From an uncultured Chloroflexia bacterium (GTDB taxonomy: Bacteria > Chloroflexota > Limnocylindria > Limnocylindrales > CSP1-4), in assembly GCA_963833225.1 (NCBI GenBank), contig CAWHXD010000005.1, positions 32,001 through 96,000 of the forward strand: DNA of 64,000 nt. The letters run 5' to 3'. The position numbers and the translations under genes are program-made. Positions 37,434 through 47,715 of the stretch are shown here, one piece after another (positions within the stretch are counted from its first letter, which is position 1; each line of letters opens with the position of its first letter). Below the pieces are notes generated by a model. That model did no database searches and had not been told where the DNA came from. It saw nothing but the letters and a program-made list of their open reading frames with translations.

Positions 37434-39067
37434 GTGACCGATGCCCATTTCGTCCCAGAGCGCTCACCCGGACCCCGGAGCCCGGACCACATCGTCCTGA
37501 CCGGCGCCGATCTCGATATCGGCGACGTGGAGGCGGTCGCGCGGCGCGGGGCCTCGGCATCCCTTGACGTGCATGCGCGCGACCGGATGCAGGAGGCACG
37601 GGACGTCATCGAGGCGCTCGTCGACCGCGGCGACGTCGTCTACGGAGTGACCACGGGCTTCGGTGATCTCGCGACCACCTCGATCCCGCCCGCCGGTGCC
37701 GCCCAGCTCCAGGAGAACCTGCTCGTCTCCCACGCCGCTGGCGTGGGGCCGGCGTTCCCGCGCGAGGTGGTCAGGGCGATGCTGCTGCTGCGGGCAAACA
37801 CCCTGGCGCTCGGCCACTCGGGGTGCCGGCCGCTGCTGGTCGACCGGATCTGCCGGTTCCTCGAGCTGGGGATCCACCCGGTGGTCCCGGAGCAGGGAAG
37901 CGTGGGCGCGTCGGGGGATCTCGCGCCGCTTGCCCACCTCGCGCTGCCACTGATCGGGCGGGGGCAGGTGGAGCTGCGCGGCCAGGTGGTACCGGCGATG
38001 GTGGCCCTCCGCGAGTGCGACCTGGAGCCGCTGGCGCTCCAGGCCAAGGAGGGCCTCGCGCTCCTCAACGGCACCCAGCTGATGAGCGCGCTCGGCGCGC
38101 TACTGCTCGCCGATGCGGACCGGCTCGCGCGCACGGCCTCGGTGGCGGCCGCGATGTCCGTCGAGGCGCTCCTGGGCACCGAGGTGGCCTATGCGGCGCC
38201 GTACCAGCTCGCCCGGCCGCACCCGGGCCAGGTCAGCGGTGGCTGGAGAGCTCCGGCACCTGCTGCGCGGCTCCGGGCTGCAGACGGCGCACCACGAGTC
38301 GGCCCACAAGGTCCAGGACCCGTACTCGCTCCGCTGCGTCCCCCAGGTGCACGGCGCGGTGCGGGACGCGCTGGACTACCTGCGCCGGGTGCTCGATATC
38401 GAGCTCAACTCCGCGACGGACAACCCGCTCGTGTTCCCGGCGGGCGGTTCCGTGCCCACCGAGGCGCTCGCGACCGGCGGCGGGCTGGTCATCAGCGGCG
38501 GCAACTTCCACGGCGAGCCGATCGCGCTCGCGCTCGACTTCGCGAAGCTGGCGATCTCGGAGCTGGGAGCCATCTCGGAGCGGCGGACGGCGCTGCTCCT
38601 GGACCCGCGGCTCAACGGCGGGCTGCCGGCGTTCCTCTCGCCCGATCCGGGCCGGAACAGCGGGCTGATGATCGCCCAGTACACGGCGGCGGCCCTGGCG
38701 TCGGAGAACAAGGTGCTACGCCCACCCGTCGTCGGCCGACTCGATCCCCACCTCCGCCAACCAGGAGGACCACGTGTCGATGGGCGCGGCGTCTGCCCGG
38801 CATGCCCGGACGGTGCTGGGGCACGTCGAGCAGATCCTCGCGATCGAGCTGCTGTGCGCCGCCCAGGCGCTGGACCTGCGGCTGGCCCGGATGACGGCCG
38901 GCGAGGACGGCGCGGTCCCGGCGCCGGGGGCGGGCGTCGTGGAGGCGCATCGCCGGCTGCGCGAGCGGATCCCGTTCCTCGCCGAGGACCGGGAGCCGGG
39001 CCCGGACCTGGCGGCGGCGCTGGCGCTGGTCCATGAGGGGGCGCTGGCGGACCTCGTCGCGGGCTGA
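37434..39067 (+). CDS. hutH: Histidine ammonia-lyase, frameshifted
   Basis: [22 protein letters not shown] (MIO), [32 protein letters not shown]; shifts near 38235 and 38720. Confidence 0.93.
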
Positions 39068-39165
39068 CGCCGCGCGCAGCCGTCGCGACGAACCCTCGAT
39101 GCCGAGGGAGGACGCCGCGGATCTGCGGCCGTGACGGGATCGCCGCACATCGTAGACTCCAGACC

Positions 39166-39927
39166 ATGGCCATCCGCATCGTCGACGTCACCGACGACGC
39201 CACCTTCGCCCTGCTCCCGCCGTGCGCGGATCCCGGGTTCGACCACCGGTCCTGCGACTACTGGGAGGATGCGGACCGCGGCTCCCGTGCGGCCCGCCTG
39301 TCCTGGTTGAGCGCGGCACCGCCGGCCCCCGTCGCGAAGGCCCGGCCCCGCAACCCGTTCGGGGACGACGAGGGCGACGAGCCGGCCGTCAACCCCTTTG
39401 CCCCTCCCTCCCGTGGTCCGGCGCTCAACCCGTTTGCCGCCGACGATGAACCGGCCTTCAACCCGTTCGCGCCGGCGCCAAGGGCGAGGCCCACCGTGCC
39501 CGACGGCGCGCTCCCCAAGCTGCGGCTGCTCGCCCGGGGCCTCGCGGTGTTCGGGTCGTACGCGAAGGTGCTGCTCGCCGAGGATGCGCCCGCCGCGTAC
39601 GCGCAGTTCGGGCCACTGTCCGCCTACCCACGCGCGCTGCGCACGCGCGACCTGTACCCGCGCCTCCCGGCCTCGCCGCTGCCCGCGGTGATCACGTGCA
39701 TCGCCACGACGGCTGCCGCCCGGGAGCTCGGGTATGCCGCGATGCTCGTCGAGGCGGTCTGCGACGACCTCGCCGGCCGCGGGTTCGCGGCCGTGGAGAC
39801 GTATCCGGAGGTGGGGGCACGAGCCAACGCCACCAGCGCGGCCGCTCCGGCGTTCTGGGAGCACCTCGGCTTCGTGGTGGCGGCGCCCGACGAGCGCTTC
39901 CCGGTCATGCGCCGCGAGCTCGCGTGA
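39166..39927 (+). CDS. GNAT-like protein with an NPF-repeat insertion
   Basis: CDYWE, AYAQFGP, AVITCI, GFAAVETYP, HLGF, VMRREL. Confidence 0.65.
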   Translation: MAIRIVDVTDDATFALLPPCADPGFDHRSCDYWEDADRGSRAARLSWLSAAPPAPVAKARPRNPFGDDEGDEPAVNPFAPPSRGPALNPFAADDEPAFNPFAPAPRARPTVPDGALPKLRLLARGLAVFGSYAKVLLAEDAPAAYAQFGPLSAYPRALRTRDLYPRLPASPLPAVITCIATTAAARELGYAAMLVEAVCDDLAGRGFAAVETYPEVGARANATSAAAPAFWEHLGFVVAAPDERFPVMRRELA

Positions 39928-40561
39928 GGCGCCTCGGACCACTGGTGGTCGTGGCGCTCGCCGCTGGCATGCTGGGCGCCGGCTGCGGTGGCCCGGCGCC
40001 GTCGACCGCCCCAGCCCACTCGATGCCGCACCCTCCCCGACGCCCGCCACGACGGCGAGCCCGACGCGTCCGTCGTCGGCGCCCTCCTCCCCGTCGCCCT
40101 CGTCGTCCATCGCCGCCGGTGCCGTGGAGGACCCCGCGCTGATCGCCGTCCTCCCCGCGGATCTCGATGGCAACCAGGTCATGCTCGAGTCGCAGGCCTT
40201 CTCGGAAGCGATGGCCGACAGCGGCTTTGCCATGAACATCGAGGCCGCCGCCTTCGGTGTCGTGGTGGCCGGCAACGACCTCGCGTCCGCGGTGGTCGCG
40301 AAGCCCGTCGACGGCGTGTTCTCCGACGCCTGGTTCCGCGACTGGCGCGACTCATACAACCAGGGTGCGTGCGCCCAGGCGGGAGGCATCGTCGGCAACG
40401 CAGAGGCGGAGCTCGGCGGGCGGACCGTCTACATCGGGACATGCTCGGGGGGCCTGCGCACCTACCACGCGTGGCTCGAGGACCGGGGCCTGCTGGTGTC
40501 GGCGTTCTCGACCGGCGAGGGCCGATTCGGCGAGCGGCTGATGGCTGGCCTGCGTCCCTGA
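39924..40561 (+). CDS. Hypothetical lipoprotein, frameshifted near 40020
   Basis: GTG overlapping the upstream stop; MRRLGPLVVVALAAGMLGAGC; S/P/T linker; WRDSYNQGACAQAGG. Confidence 0.65.
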
Positions 40562-40579
40562 CGGCGTAGACTCGCGACC

Positions 40580-42265
40580 ATGACCACCGTGACTGCCGGC
40601 GCGATGCCTTCGGGCCCGCGCCCCGTTCGCGCCCCTCGCGGCACGACCCTGTCCACCAAGGGCTGGCAGCAGGAGGCGGTCCTGCGGATGCTCATGAACA
40701 ACCTCGACCCGGACGTGGCCGAGAACCCCGACGAGCTAGTGGTCTACGGGGGGACCGGGCGGGCGGCGCGCAGCTGGGAAGCGTTCGACGCCATCGTCCG
40801 CGAGCTGGTCCGCCTGGAGGACGATGAGACGCTCCTGGTCCAGAGTGGCAAGCCGGTCGCGGTCTTCCGGACCCACGAATGGGCACCGCGGGTCCTGATC
40901 GCGAACTCGAATCTCGTTGGCAAGTGGGCGACCTGGGACCACTTCCGCGATCTCGAGCGACAAGGCCTCATGATGTATGGCCAGATGACCGCCGGGTCCT
41001 GGATCTACATCGGCACCCAGGGGATCCTGCAGGGCACCTACGAGACCTTCGGCGAGCTCGCCCGCCAGCACCACAGCGGATCGCTGCGCGGGACCGTGAC
41101 CCTGACCGCGGGCCTCGGCGGGATGGGCGGTGCGCAGCCCCTTGCCGTGACCATGAACGAGGGTGTCTGCCTCGCGATCGAGGTCGACGAGCACCGGGCC
41201 CAGCGGCGCCTCGAGATCGGCTACGTCGACCGGCTCACCCATTCGCCCCAGGAGGCGCTGGCGATGGCCCGCCAGGCGGCCTCGGCAGGAGAGGCGATCT
41301 CGATCGCCCTCGTCGGCAACGCCGCCGAGATCGAGCCGATGTGGGCAACGGCCGGCGAGCGGTTCGACGTGGTGACGGACCAGACGTCCGCACACGATGC
41401 GCTGGCCGGCTATGTGCCCGCTGAGATCTCGCTCCACGATGCGCACGTGCTCCGGATCTCGCAGCCGGACGTCTACATGCAGCGCTCGATGCGTTCGATG
41501 GCGGACCACGTCCGGGCAATGCTCGCCTTCCAGGCGGCGGGCGCCGTGGTGTTCGACTACGGCAACAACCTCCGGGCGCAGGCCCAGGAGGCGGGCGTCG
41601 AGAACGCGTTCGACTACCCGGGGTTTGTCCCGGCGTTCATCCGCCCGCAGTTCTGCGAGGGTCGTGGGCCGTTCCGCTGGGTGGCGCTGTCCGGCGATCC
41701 GGCGGACATCCGGCGCACCGACCGGGCGCTGCTCGAGCTGTTCCCGCACGACCGGGGCCTGCGCCGCTGGCTGGAGCTGGCCGAGGCAAAGGTGCCGTTC
41801 CAGGGCCTGCCGGCACGGATCTGCTGGCTGGGCTACGGCGAGCGGGCGAAGGCCGGCCTGGAGTTCAACCGGCTGGTCGCCTCAGGCGAGGTCGGTGCCC
41901 CCATCGTCATCGGGCGCGATCACCTGGACTCCGGGTCTGTTGCCTCGCCCAACCGCGAGACCGAGGCGATGCTTGACGGCACCGACGCTGTCGCCGATTG
42001 GCCGCTGCTCAACGCGCTGGTCAACACCGCCGCCGGTGCGACCTGGGTCTCGATCCACCATGGTGGCGGGACCGGGATCGGGTACTCGCAGCATGCCGGC
42101 ATGGTGGTCGTGGCCGACGGTACCGAGCTCGCCGCTCGCAAGCTGGAGCGGGTGCTCACCAGCGATCCGGGGATGGGGGTCGTGCGCCACGTGGACGCGG
42201 GCTACGAACGGGCAATCGAGGTCGCGCGGGAACGCGGCGTGCGCATCCCGATGCTCGACGGGTAG
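40580..42265 (+). CDS. hutU: Urocanate hydratase
   Basis: [47 protein letters not shown]. Confidence 0.97.
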   Translation: MTTVTAGAMPSGPRPVRAPRGTTLSTKGWQQEAVLRMLMNNLDPDVAENPDELVVYGGTGRAARSWEAFDAIVRELVRLEDDETLLVQSGKPVAVFRTHEWAPRVLIANSNLVGKWATWDHFRDLERQGLMMYGQMTAGSWIYIGTQGILQGTYETFGELARQHHSGSLRGTVTLTAGLGGMGGAQPLAVTMNEGVCLAIEVDEHRAQRRLEIGYVDRLTHSPQEALAMARQAASAGEAISIALVGNAAEIEPMWATAGERFDVVTDQTSAHDALAGYVPAEISLHDAHVLRISQPDVYMQRSMRSMADHVRAMLAFQAAGAVVFDYGNNLRAQAQEAGVENAFDYPGFVPAFIRPQFCEGRGPFRWVALSGDPADIRRTDRALLELFPHDRGLRRWLELAEAKVPFQGLPARICWLGYGERAKAGLEFNRLVASGEVGAPIVIGRDHLDSGSVASPNRETEAMLDGTDAVADWPLLNALVNTAAGATWVSIHHGGGTGIGYSQHAGMVVVADGTELAARKLERVLTSDPGMGVVRHVDAGYERAIEVARERGVRIPMLDG

Positions 42266-42307
42266 ACGGCGCCGGGGCGGCCGCGGCCGGCTCGCGGTCG
42301 CTCGCGG

Positions 42308-43615
42308 TCAGCTCGCGATGACCGGCGCGGCGATGATCTCCTCGCCGTCCTCGACCGGGTCCGGCATCACGCGGAGCTGGCGGACCGGCGACAGCGCCAC
42401 GGGCAGGAACGCAATGAGCCCGCCGACGGCGCCGATCACGATCGTGGAATGCAGCCCGATGAGGCTGCCGAGCGCCCCGCCCAGGATGGACCCGACGGGC
42501 ATCGTCCCCCACACGATGAACCGCATCGTGGCATTCATGCGCCCCTGCATCCGGGCCGGGGTGATCGACTGGCGCAGCGACACCTGGTTGATGTTCCAGC
42601 TGACGCCGCAGAACCCGCTGACGAATCCGGACAGCGCAACGGCCGGCCAGATCAGCGAATCGGGCGCGAAGGCCACAGGGAGCCCAGCCACGCTGAACCC
42701 GATCGCGGTCGCGACCAGCATCGGCCCCACGCCCACCCCCCGGGTGATCCGACCGGCGGTGAATGCCGCTACGAGCACACCGACGGAACCCACCGAGAAC
42801 GCGAACCCGATCGCTTCGGCGCCGAGACCCCGCTCGCGGACGAGATACAAGATCAGGATCGAGCCCATGACGTTGGTGAAGAAGTTGGTGATCCCGGTTG
42901 TGGCAGCGATCGAGCGTAGCCAGCGATGGCCGATCACGTATCGCAGCCCGTCGGCGATCTCGGCGCGCATCGAGGGTCGCGGCCCGTCAACAGGGGTGCC
43001 TTGGGGTACCGCCCGGGGCTCCGGCCTCCGGATCCAGGCCAGGAGCACGGCCGAGACCAGGTACGAGGCGGCATCGATCGCCATCGCGAACGGGGCTCGC
43101 AGCAGCCCGATCAGGATGCCAGCTCCGCCTGGCCCGAGGATCTGCGACGCCGACCGGGTGATCTCGAGCTTGGAGTTGCCATCCACTAGCTGGCCGCGGC
43201 CAACGACGGTCGGCAGGTAGCTCTGGTACGCGACGTCGAAGAAGACCGTGAGGCAGCCGTTCACGAAGCCGACGAGGTACAGCTGCCAGATCGTCAGCGC
43301 GTCGAAGGCGAAGGCGACCGGAATGGACGCGATGGCGATGGCTCGTCCGATGTCGCCGACGATCAGGATCGGACGGCGCCGCAGCCGGTCGACCCACACG
43401 CCTGCGGGGAGGCTGAGCAGGATGAACGGCAGGAACTCGATGGTCGTGAGCAGCCCGAACTCGAATGCTCCGACCTGGAGGACGGTCGCGGCGATCAGGG
43501 GCAGCGCGAGCTGCGTGATCGCGGATCCGAACACGGAAACGGTCTGCGCGCTCCACAGGCGCAGGAAGTCCGGGTGGCGCAAGAGGCTGCGGGAAGTCCG
43601 CGCTTCGCTGCTCAT
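42308..43615 (-). CDS. MFS transporter (MFS_3/DHA3-like)
   Basis: FLRLWSAQTVS, GVWVDRLRRR, QGRMNA; 12 TM segments. Confidence 0.9.
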   Translation of the reverse strand: MSSEARTSRSLLRHPDFLRLWSAQTVSVFGSAITQLALPLIAATVLQVGAFEFGLLTTIEFLPFILLSLPAGVWVDRLRRRPILIVGDIGRAIAIASIPVAFAFDALTIWQLYLVGFVNGCLTVFFDVAYQSYLPTVVGRGQLVDGNSKLEITRSASQILGPGGAGILIGLLRAPFAMAIDAASYLVSAVLLAWIRRPEPRAVPQGTPVDGPRPSMRAEIADGLRYVIGHRWLRSIAATTGITNFFTNVMGSILILYLVRERGLGAEAIGFAFSVGSVGVLVAAFTAGRITRGVGVGPMLVATAIGFSVAGLPVAFAPDSLIWPAVALSGFVSGFCGVSWNINQVSLRQSITPARMQGRMNATMRFIVWGTMPVGSILGGALGSLIGLHSTIVIGAVGGLIAFLPVALSPVRQLRVMPDPVEDGEEIIAAPVIAS

Positions 43616-43691
43616 CGGCGGCAGAGTCTACGCGAGCCGGTATGCGCCTGCCGGGCCCTCCTGCGAGCGCCCATGCCTGTAGATTGGGGTC

Positions 43692-44675
43692 GTGCTCGTC
43701 GAAAGCGTGCCCAATGTCTCCGAAGGCCGGCGTCTCGACGTCATCGAGCGCCTCGCGAACGCGCTGACCTCCGCCCCCGGCGTGTTCCTGCTGGATCGCA
43801 CCTCGGACGCGAGCCACAATCGGTCCGTGTTCACGGTCGCCGGCGAGCACGAAGCCGTCTCGGAAGGGCTGGAGCGGCTGGTGGACCAGGCCATCGCCGA
43901 CATCGACATGGACGTCCACAGCGGCGAGCACCCGCGGATTGGCGCCGTCGACGTGATCCCGTTCATCCCGCTCGGCGACACGACGATGGAGGCCTGCGTG
44001 GACCTGGCCCGGTCGTTCGGCGCCCGGATCGCCCACCGCTACGACCTCCCCGTGTACCTCTACGCCGGGGCGACGAGCCGCGCCGACCGGGTCAAGCTCG
44101 CCGACGTGCGCCGCGGCCAGTACGAGGGCCTCAAGGCGGAGATCACCCACAACGGACGCCAGCCGGATTTCGGGCCGGCGCAGATGCATCCGCGGTTTGG
44201 CGCGGTCGCGGTGGGTGCCCGGCCGTTCCTCATCGCCTGGAACATCAACCTCGACTCGGACGACGTGGAGCTGGCGAAGCGGATCGCCAGGCGCGTCCGG
44301 GAGTCGGGCGGCGGGCTGCCCCGGCTCCAGGCAAACGGGTTCCGCGTCGAGGAACCGGAACGAGGCCACCCCGTGCGCGCCCAGGTGTCGATGAACCTGC
44401 TCGATTTCTCGGTGACGCCGCTGTGGCTCGCCTGGGCGACGGTGCGTGAGCTGGCGGCCGAGGATGGCGTGTCGCTTGCCGAGTCGGAGCTGATCGGGCT
44501 GGCGCCGGTGGCGGCGCTGCTGGACGTTGCCGATCACGCCGGAGCGCCGCTGGATGCCGACGTGGAGACCCGACTGCGGGCCGCCGCCGAGGCGATCTCG
44601 CTCCGGGACTTCACGCCGCTGATGGCCCTCGAGCTGCGCCTCGCGGCGGCACGCAAGACCGGCCGGAATCCCGGA
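43692..44675 (+). CDS. ftcD: Glutamate formimidoyltransferase (in frame with hutI in this assembly)
   Basis: ESVPNVSEGR, DASHNRSV, HSGEHPRIGAVDVIPF, RRGQYEG, QVSMNL, SELIGL. Confidence 0.88.
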
Positions 44676-46043
44676 GTGACGCTCCGTCTGATCGAGGGCG
44701 GGCGTGCCTCGGCCGATGCGCCGGGGCTGCTGATCCACGGCGCGAGCCAGGTGGCGACGCTCGCCGGCGGGATTCGCCGGGGTGCGGCGCAGGACGATCC
44801 CGGTCTCCTCGACGCGGAGGTCGTCGGCGGGCCGGGGTCCGCAGCCGCCCCCGTCATCGCCTGCTGGGAGGGCCGGATCGTCGCGGTCGGCCCGAGGGAC
44901 CTGGTGGAGCAGGGTCTCGAAGCCAACGGGCTGCCGCTGGCGCGGTTCGTCCGGATCGACGCCGACGGTGGGGTCGTCACGCCCGGCCTGGTGGACCCTC
45001 ACACGCACCTGCTGTTCGCAGGTTCCCGCGAGGAGGAGCTCGTCCTTCGCCAGAAGGGTGCGAGCTATCTCGACATCCTCGCGGCGGGCGGTGGGATCCT
45101 GTCCACCGTGGCGGCAACCCGGGCCGCGACGCCGGAGCAGCTGGCAGCCCATGGGCGACGCTGGCTGGACGAGATGGTCCGCCACGGCGTCACCACGGTC
45201 GAGGCGAAGTCTGGGTACGGCCTGGACCTGCAGACGGAGCTGCGGCTGCTCGAGATCGCCTTCGAGCTTGGAAAGGAGGGACCCGTCGACGTGGTCCCGA
45301 CGTTCCTCGGCGCCCACGCCGTCCCGTCCGAGTACCGGTCGCGGCCGGACGGCACCGAGGCGTACGTCCGCCACGTGATCGAGGAACAGCTTCCCGGTGT
45401 GGCGGCGCAGGGCCGAGCGCGGTCGTGCGACGTGTTCTGCGAGCAGGGCGTGTTCACCGCGGAGCAGAGCCGCCGCATCCTGCAGGCTGCGGCCGCGTAC
45501 GGCATGGCGATCCGTTTGCATGCCGATGAGCTGGCGCCATCCGGCGGCGCGGAGCTGGCCGCCGAGCTTGGCGCGCTCTCGGCCGACCACCTCCACGTGC
45601 CATCGGACGAGGGGCTGGCGGCGCTGGCCGAGGCCGCGAACGGCGAGCGGCCAACGGTGGCGACCCTGCTCCCGGCGACGACCTGGTTCCTGATGGCCGA
45701 TGAGCCCGCTCCCGCGCGCCGGTTCATCGACGCCGGCGTCCCGGTTGCGCTGGGCACCGACTTCAACCCGGGCACGTCGCCCACGGCGTCGCTGCCGCTG
45801 GTGATGACCGTGGCCTGCCTCGCGATGAAGCTGTCGCCGGCCGAGGCGCTGGCGGCGGTCACGGTCAATGCCGCTCACGCAGTCGGGGCTGCGGACGAGG
45901 TCGGGTCGATCGAGCCCGGCAAGGCGGCTGACCTCGTGATCTGGCGCGCGACGGCCGTTGACCAGCTGCCCTACTGGGTCGGCGCCGACCTCGCCGAGAC
46001 GGTCATCAAGCGGGGTCGCGTGATCTACCGCCGGCCCGCCTGA
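44676..46043 (+). CDS. hutI: Imidazolonepropionase
   Basis: PGLVDPHTH, GGGILSTV, EAKSGYGL, DVFCE, HADEL, SADHL, TDFNPG. Confidence 0.93.
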   Translation: MTLRLIEGGRASADAPGLLIHGASQVATLAGGIRRGAAQDDPGLLDAEVVGGPGSAAAPVIACWEGRIVAVGPRDLVEQGLEANGLPLARFVRIDADGGVVTPGLVDPHTHLLFAGSREEELVLRQKGASYLDILAAGGGILSTVAATRAATPEQLAAHGRRWLDEMVRHGVTTVEAKSGYGLDLQTELRLLEIAFELGKEGPVDVVPTFLGAHAVPSEYRSRPDGTEAYVRHVIEEQLPGVAAQGRARSCDVFCEQGVFTAEQSRRILQAAAAYGMAIRLHADELAPSGGAELAAELGALSADHLHVPSDEGLAALAEAANGERPTVATLLPATTWFLMADEPAPARRFIDAGVPVALGTDFNPGTSPTASLPLVMTVACLAMKLSPAEALAAVTVNAAHAVGAADEVGSIEPGKAADLVIWRATAVDQLPYWVGADLAETVIKRGRVIYRRPA

Positions 46044-46068
46044 GCGTCGCCATCCTGGTCATCCCAGG

Positions 46069-46759
46069 TCAGGTGATCAACGCCGCCAGGATCAGCCCCT
46101 GGGCGACGTGATACGTCACCATCACCCCGGTGCCCAACACCCGCCCGTCGCTCCGCGGTCGGCCTGGCGCCGGTTCCCGGAACCGGCCCCAGCCCAGCAG
46201 CGCGTCCGAGGCCACGAACAGCCATGCCCCGGCGATCGCGGCGGGCTCGCCGGTCCGCGTCGCCGCCACCGCCATCAGCGTGATCACCGCCAGGTAGGCG
46301 GCGACCGGCGCGCCCAGTCCCGCGGCGCGTGCGGCACGGAGCAGGACGCGGCCGACGGTGGCCAGGACGGCCGCACCGGCCAGGAGCCCCACGGCCAGCC
46401 ACGCCGTCTCACCGCCCACCAGGAGGAACGCCGCGAGGTACGCGATGTGCGCCGCGAGGAAGGCCACGAGCCCGGGCACGAACCGCCCCGGCGGGAGCAA
46501 CAGGATGTCGCCGGCCAGTGACGCGACGAGCCCGGCCAGCAGCCATGGCCGCACGCTTGCGGCCAGCGCGGTGGGCCCAGGGATGACGAGGGCCGCGCCG
46601 ATGAGCGCCAACAGGACGAGGGGTTTCGCCACCCGCTCGACGAGCGAGCCCGTCGCGACCGCCGGTCCAGACGGCCACCCAATTCGCGACGGCCGCGACG
46701 GCGGCGACCGCGAGTGGAGCCCACGGCCCGATGGCCAGTCCTACACCGGCCTCGCTCAC
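46069..46759 (-). CDS. Lysoplasmalogenase/YhhN family, frameshifted near 46640
   Basis: AKPL, SLAGDILL, FLAAHIAY, LFVASD, TYHVAQ. Confidence 0.85.
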
Positions 46760-46762
46760 GCC

Positions 46763-47434
46763 TCAGACCTTCCCGCGCGACTCCAGGAGCACGGTCGTGG
46801 TCTCGGGCGGCAGGCTTGACGCCGTCACCGAGAGCTTGGCCTGCGGCACGGGCTCAGCGCCCATCTCGTGCAGGAACTGCTTCATTGCCTCGTCGCAGTC
46901 CGCCTCGTCCTCGCAGACCGGCATCGGCACCACGATCTTGGGGTCCAGCTGGGCGATCAGCGCCGCCGCGTGGGTGGCCGTGAGCGCTCCGCCGATGGGC
47001 ACGCAGGCGATATCGACCCGTCCGAGATCGGAGAGCTTCTCCTCGGTCAGCTCGTGCCCGATGTCGCCGAGGTGGATCGTGTGCAGCCCGTCGAGCTCCG
47101 TCACGAACGCCGTCTGGCGGCCACGGCTGGCGCCCTTCTCGTTGTCGCGGAACGTCCGGACACCCGTCAGCAGCACCTCGTGGACCTCGTACTCGCCGGG
47201 ACCATCCAGCACGAACGCAGCCTCGAGGCTTGACGGGATCGCCGTTGTTCCGTCCCGGGAATGCCTGCCGGCCTTCTTCGCGAGCGGCGCGTCGTCCGGG
47301 TGGCTATAGGTCAGCACATCAGCGGTGATGCCGCGGCCGGTGGGCCCGACGATCGCCGGATACGCGTCGTTGACAACCACGGCGTCCTTGCCGCGCAGCC
47401 GGATGCAGGTTCGTCCGTACCAGGTGAGCTCCAT
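46763..47434 (-). CDS. MBL-fold metallo-hydrolase (Lactamase_B_3-like)
   Basis: MELTWYG.TC, GPGEYEV, HLGDIG, PIGG, PKIVVPM. Confidence 0.85.
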   Translation of the reverse strand: MELTWYGRTCIRLRGKDAVVVNDAYPAIVGPTGRGITADVLTYSHPDDAPLAKKAGRHSRDGTTAIPSSLEAAFVLDGPGEYEVHEVLLTGVRTFRDNEKGASRGRQTAFVTELDGLHTIHLGDIGHELTEEKLSDLGRVDIACVPIGGALTATHAAALIAQLDPKIVVPMPVCEDEADCDEAMKQFLHEMGAEPVPQAKLSVTASSLPPETTTVLLESRGKV

Positions 47435-47715
47435 GTGCCGATCATTGCACACGGGGCTTGCTCCGGGCTCTCCTCCGCAGCACCTGCGGCCATCCGGGGC
47501 GAATCCGGCCTTAACGGGAGGGACCGGAAGCGCCTGCCCAATCGGCACTCCCGGTCCGAGGGAGGGAGGATGGAACCTGAGGGGTGTTCCGGCACGAACA
47601 ATAGACGCGGCTGGATTCAAGCCCGGCGGGGCGAACGGTTAAGAAACGGACATCTCGCGGCCGGAACAGATGGTCTCGAGGGGGTCGCCGCGACGCCATG
47701 GCACAATCGCGCTTC

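Noticed and set aside
31834-39067. Frameshifts in folD, fhs and hutH (also GT-C genes, YhhN, PHP, LacI, SBP) as programmed frameshifting or pseudogenes
   Set aside because: The shifts are scattered over unrelated genes, lack slippery-site context and become denser toward the window end; best explained by sequencing indels.
42987-45878. 963-aa minus-strand ORF and the many other long overlapping ORFs
   Set aside because: Antisense or shifted-frame shadows of real high-GC genes; Arg/Pro/Gly-rich with no family motifs.
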